Below, one piece after another: positions 39,921 through 64,000 of a stretch of 64,000 nt of DNA. The notes beneath the pieces are model-generated. The model was not told the origin of the DNA. It did not search any database and saw only the letters and a list, made by a program, of their open reading frames with translations. A program made the translations under genes and the position numbers. The DNA lies in assembly GCA_051362555.1 (NCBI GenBank), contig CM120645.1, positions 15,066,001 to 15,130,000 of the forward strand, written 5' to 3'. The stretch is from Lingula anatina. Its lineage: Eukaryota; Animalia; Brachiopoda. Position 1 is the stretch's first letter, and the number at the start of each line of letters is the position of its first letter.

Positions 39921-42900
39921 TCAGGATTATATAACTTGAGGTGACTCACATTTCATATATATATATATATGTATATGGTTTTTTATCTGCTTTCTTCAAA
40001 TAGTTCTTTGGTTGGAGCTGACTCCATCAAGCCCAATGACAGTGCAATCATAAAACACAGCAATAATTTCATCAAAAGTCTATATCAAAATATAAAAGTA
40101 GATATGATTTTAGGTCTTAAATTGCTTATAGTCTTGCATTAGATACACGGGAAAAGAACTGGATAATGCCCTTTAGCAAGAAAAAAAGGTTAGTTGACAT
40201 GTTTGGCTGCAGAGGACAAGGTATGCTACTATGCAGCACAGTAAATGAAGCAATGTCCATAGATGTTATATGTACTGTAACAGCTACATGTCCATATTAT
40301 AAGTGGAGCATGTCAGAACTGGGTGTATTCAGTATTACCTCATCAGATAGTCATCATGCAACGAGGAGGCATTCTAATAAGTGCACCTCGTAGGAGTCCG
40401 GGGAATACAGGGAGAGATGTGAGCATATCACAAACTTCACATACTTGAAGATGAGTGTTTGGAAGCAGCTCAGGTGTACAGTGCATCGGAAGAACACCAC
40501 ATGTACTTAATATTTGAGGAGCATTAAAAGATTTCTTCTGAAAAGATTCATGCAGAGCCAAAAGAAGGTGAAAAGGAATGGTTTTATTAATGACATAATA
40601 TATAATTTCTATCTCGCTAATATAATAAGAAATGGCATATGTTTAAGAGTACTGTTGTTTCATATGATGCACTTCTTAATTATATGAAATTTTCTGTCAC
40701 TTGTATCAAAACCCCAATCCATTCTCGGTAATGGGCCTTGTAACTAAGCAGAACTTAGCCTGTAATCTCCTTACTCTACATATGATCAGTTGGTATTATT
40801 GAGGCTGATGACATGATGACATCCATTAACACAACCAGTTATATATTTAAGTCAGGGGCTTATACAGAAAGTTCTCTCTCTTTTTTCCCACAGATTTGAC
40901 AAATGCTGGTGGTTGTCATAGAAGCCATCAGCGTCTGTTTTTACGAAAACCTTCTGTGCGTCATACACAGGCTCTCTATTCATTCAGTTTTTAAGATGGA
41001 CTCTTAATATTCCCAGGGCTGTTGAAACCTGTGGGTGATTCCTAGGAATCTTCCTGTTGTTCAAGGAAGGCATGCTGGGAACATGTGCGCAGTCCTAGAA
41101 ACTGCTAGGAATTACATGTACACATGTGCACAGCTTATACCAGGGTAGTCTGACACTGGCAATGTGGTCTGTTGAAATATGTTGATATTTCAGAATGGTG
41201 ATGCAATATAGCCATTGTTTATTTGCATATCCACCAAATGAGATTATTTGTAATATTTCTGCCCATGCACCCCCCCCCCAAAAAAAAAAAAAGTTTTGAT
41301 ATTAAATGCATATTAACTTATGTTATAAAGTGATGTGTTTGAAATATTTACCTGTCATTATTTTTTTACAAGCAGAATTGGGATAGAAAGTATATAAAGC
41401 GATATTTTCTGTATGTCATAACAGGTAAGTATACTGTACTTAGTGCTCCTTATGGCTGACATTACAAAACATCAGTGGAGGCAATAAGTATACCCGTTGT
41501 CTCACTGATTGATTTAGAATTAGCTCTGTTTGATGATTATTATCCCGAAGAGGAAGAATAGATAGCAATTCTGAAACGACTGGATTGTTAGCATTGCCCG
41601 ACTGAAGGAGATTGTTAACTGACAAATCATTATATTTAGTGCATGCCTAGTCTTTGATGAGCAATGACATTTTCAAGGAAGCGATGCCTTGGAAAATACA
41701 TCAAAGAGAAAATGCCCTTTTGGGTGGGCGGATGGTAGCAAGGACAGTTCTCGGAGAAAAAATAATATGCATGTTGTGTTACTGGCATCGGTAATGAAGA
41801 AAGTGGGTTGTTTTCTTTTTGGAAAAGTGTGAAAATCTTAGAGGTATTGTACAGCATGCAATTTTTTTTCTTTTCACCATTTTGTGTAAAATCTCTATTT
41901 ACATGCCTGGAGCATTGTTATTGTGATCAGTTGTGCAGAATATACATGCGTGCAGCACAGGCTTGCATGTATCTGCTAAGTAATGCATCACATAAGGGCT
42001 TACTTTTGTTTTCTGCTTCATAATTCTTGGTATTTACTGTTGCTTCTATAATTTTTTTAAAGAAAACAATATGTGTAAGATCTTTTTATTGCAAAAAGAG
42101 CATTTTTTCCTGAAAATTCCAACATTTTCCCCTAAATGTCGGAGTGATATCCTTTACTAAACTGTCAAGAAAATTACAATATGTCATTATGGATATATAT
42201 ATTGACCAATTTTCAGGTTCTTAATTTCTGTTTTTTACCATTATGAGTGAAATATACCAGTCGCTATATCCATCATGAGAGAAACGCAAAAATGTTTGTA
42301 TGCATCCATGGATGAGTATAAGAGCAACGTAAAAGCTAGCTTGTTAAATATACCTTGTGATGGAGTCGCTTTTACTAGCTCTGACGAACAGCGACAATCT
42401 GAGGGCATTCTTCTTCAAAATTTTGCCTGGGGCACTTCCATATTTGGAAGTCACACGTCACAGCTGTGTCCGTCTGGATCCATATTTGGAAGTCATAAGT
42501 CTCGTACATCACAGGTTTAGCCGCCTGGATCTGCCTTTCCCGCCTTGCGCTGAAGTTATCTTGTGCAGACGAGACAAGATGCCTGACGCGGAGTTAGAAG
42601 TTTGAATTGAAAATATCTTGCATTCGAAGGTCAGTGCCACAATACAAGCAACATTCTGCTTTAAAAACTGATTTCGGTGTAGCCATTGCGCAGCCCTTAT
42701 AGTGGTATCAGGCATACAGTGTAGCTGTCAAATTTGGCACACGGCAAGCACGTGTATTGTGCACGTGTATATCTCAGGACTAAATGTTCTTTGATTAGCA
42801 AAAAATACAAAAACATTGGATATATTTTTTCTTTTCGAAGAATATTATTTATTTTTTCACTTTAAATCTTAAATACAGCAAATAAAATTAAATAAAGCAG

Positions 42901-44857
42901 AATTAAATCTGTTTTACGTTTCATTTTGGTCTGATGAGATTCAACTGCAGATTCACTGCGGAGCAGTTCTATTTGATTGACAGAAGTGTAACATGGCCGC
43001 TGTTCGCTAGAGCCGGTATTGCTGATATGGGTTATATATGAAATCAAGATAGAGCTGACAATACCGTAATCTAGAACCTAGGGTAATGGATACATGTGTG
43101 TGTGTAAATCAAGTGCTATAAAGAAACAATTTCTACCCATCCTTTTATTCCACCCTGAATTTCAAAGATTACTGACAACTCTTGTACTTAAGATGGCAGA
43201 GGCAAGTTTCCAGTAATCCCTGATGCTTGGGGTGAATTATCCCAGCTAGGTAGAGAATTAAAGCCCCAGGCTTGCCAGATGACAGATAGTACTGTATGTA
43301 ACTGGCTGATGGTATGGTGGACTCAATCTACAGGTGGGCCCCCTGAGACCTGACTTCCTAGCACTGATTAAATTCTAGGTAGCTTGATAGCTTTCCTAGT
43401 CTTAATACCATTTGGATAATGCTACTGCAGTGGGATTTCTAATACTGGTGTATTGTAATGCTGTGTTGGAGCTTGCTGCCTTCAAAACTGACGGCGGGTA
43501 TTATATAATGTTTATTTAATATATATGTACAAAGTTTAAATATTCTTTGCTGATGTCTCTGAAAAGAGGGATGTTAAAATTTTATTTTGACATAATTTGT
43601 TCCAGCATTCTAGCTGTGAGGTACTATATATGTGGCTCTGTGAATAGTTTGTATATATCTGTGTGGTATCAAGATGATTGTCTTCAGGGTGTTTCCACAC
43701 AAAAGTTAACTTTTTTGTTTAATATTTGCAAAACTGTTTTATATCATTATGGAATCAGGATTACTGTTGATTTCTTTCCTTATTCAGGGGTACAAAGATA
43801 ATTGGGCAAGTCAAAATTATGCAAATAATATATATGTTAGAAGTGTGTGCCATATGAAGTTGAACTAATACACACTGTCCACTGACAGTTAAAATTGCAT
43901 AGACCATCTGTGACATGCTGGTGATTTAACCTCGAATTGTAAGACCCAACATGTCTACATGTCTCGAGTGATGTCCAACCTATATAGGACATCGAACTGA
44001 ATAGTTTTCTGTATATGTGTGTGCTGTATAGTATGAATGGAATACCCCTTAAATTACCATGTAATTAGATGATGGTAGCTTGGTCAGTTACACACAAGTA
44101 ACCAGGGTCACCGGATTGTTAACTGTTGCCTGGATAGGGGTGAAGCCATTTATTTGGCAGTGACTGCTTGAATCGGCAGTTTGTTTCTTGTGATATATTA
44201 ATGGGTTATAAATATCTGATGTTGATGATAACCTTTGTTTTTTTTCCCACTGTATCAAGCCTCTGATTACATGTGTATAACATGATGCACATTATATGAT
44301 AGCAACACTGTATTCTATGGTCAAGTTTGGTTAAAAAAGCAACAAGTTGGGTTTGGAATATTTTCACCATGAACATATGCTGATTAAAAAAAAAAAAATA
44401 ATGTCTGACTGATGAATTTGTGATCTTATCTTTAAGATCCATATTGATAACTTTAGCCTTATGTTGTTGTACCGGGTCACTGATAAGCAACTTTTGGTTT
44501 TACAGATTGCAGCTACCAAGAATTGTTTTCTTCATGGATAATAATACTTACAATCTGTTGATCTGTTGTTTCTTCAGTGTTTGTCTTTGTTCTTTCCTTT
44601 GTAAATTCGGTTGTTATCAGTTTTGTTCCATTTTTGCCCATTGTTTCAATTTTGTTACAAAAAGTACCACTAATACAATTTATTTCACTAAACGATATTG
44701 ATTTCCCTCCAAATTTTTCCAGGGAGAAAAGGGTAAGAAATTTTGGTAGACACTGTATATGCTAAACCAGTATTGGATTAACTTTACTATATTATTTTCT
44801 AGAGAGAATAAGGTTGGGCCAACTGAATGTACCGGACAGCCTGACCAAGCAGTGAAC

Positions 44858-63840
<18,983 letters not shown>

Positions 63841-64000
63841 TGAATAATGTATTTGATTAAAATATGAATCTATGTTCTGGTCACTTGGTAGGAAATTTAA
63901 TTGAATGAATGTAATATGTTTTGATGCCTACAAAGAGAGGTTTCACTTTGGAAGCTGAATTTGTTGTCATTGAAATGAAAAAGATACGTAGTAGGATAAG

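Noticed and set aside
40894-41424. Strong acceptor (40871-40893) paired with CAG|GTAAGT at 41425 as a UTR exon
   Set aside because: A 531-nt exon with many ATGs and low-complexity runs is implausible; the sites cannot be paired confidently.
41440-41810. Coding-like stretch (VVSLIDLELALFDDYYPEEEE*...)
   Set aside because: Multiple stops and no family I can recognise; possibly an old TE remnant.
43685-44758. Tc1/mariner-like termini (CAGGGTGTTTCC..., ...GACACTGTA)
   Set aside because: The ends do not form a matching TIR pair; fragments only.

Overview
AT-rich, visibly CpG-poor metazoan genomic DNA; the repeat content suggests an invertebrate, probably a mollusc or other lophotrochozoan (inference). 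The only protein-coding gene I can support is the 5' half of a plasma-membrane Ca2+-transporting P-type ATPase (PMCA/ATP2B) on the + strand. Eight phase-compatible GT-AG exons run from ATG 44858 to 63820 (about 475 codons, through TM1-TM4, TGES, PEGL and DKTGT), and the gene continues past the window. The first ~44 kb has no conserved coding exon and probably consists of PMCA 5' introns. Mobile DNA includes two ~1.9 kb Helentron-associated (HINE/DINE-1-like) elements with internal satellite arrays, several MITEs, a non-LTR retrotransposon 3' end and a tRNA-derived SINE. The most interesting signals concern splicing: (i) a 41-bp tandem array in register with, and apparently amplified from, the exon-4 splice donor, giving nine CAG|GTAAG decoy donors each in a potential hairpin; (ii) two frame-preserving microexons (21 and 27 nt) at the position of PMCA splice site A; (iii) an upstream 20-nt + 27-nt mini-exon pair that would supply an in-frame ATG and a 27-aa N-terminal extension; (iv) a candidate recursive-splicing site. 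Apart from those overlapping the PMCA exons and the retrotransposon remnant, the six-frame ORFs appear spurious. All calls were made by eye with no database search.
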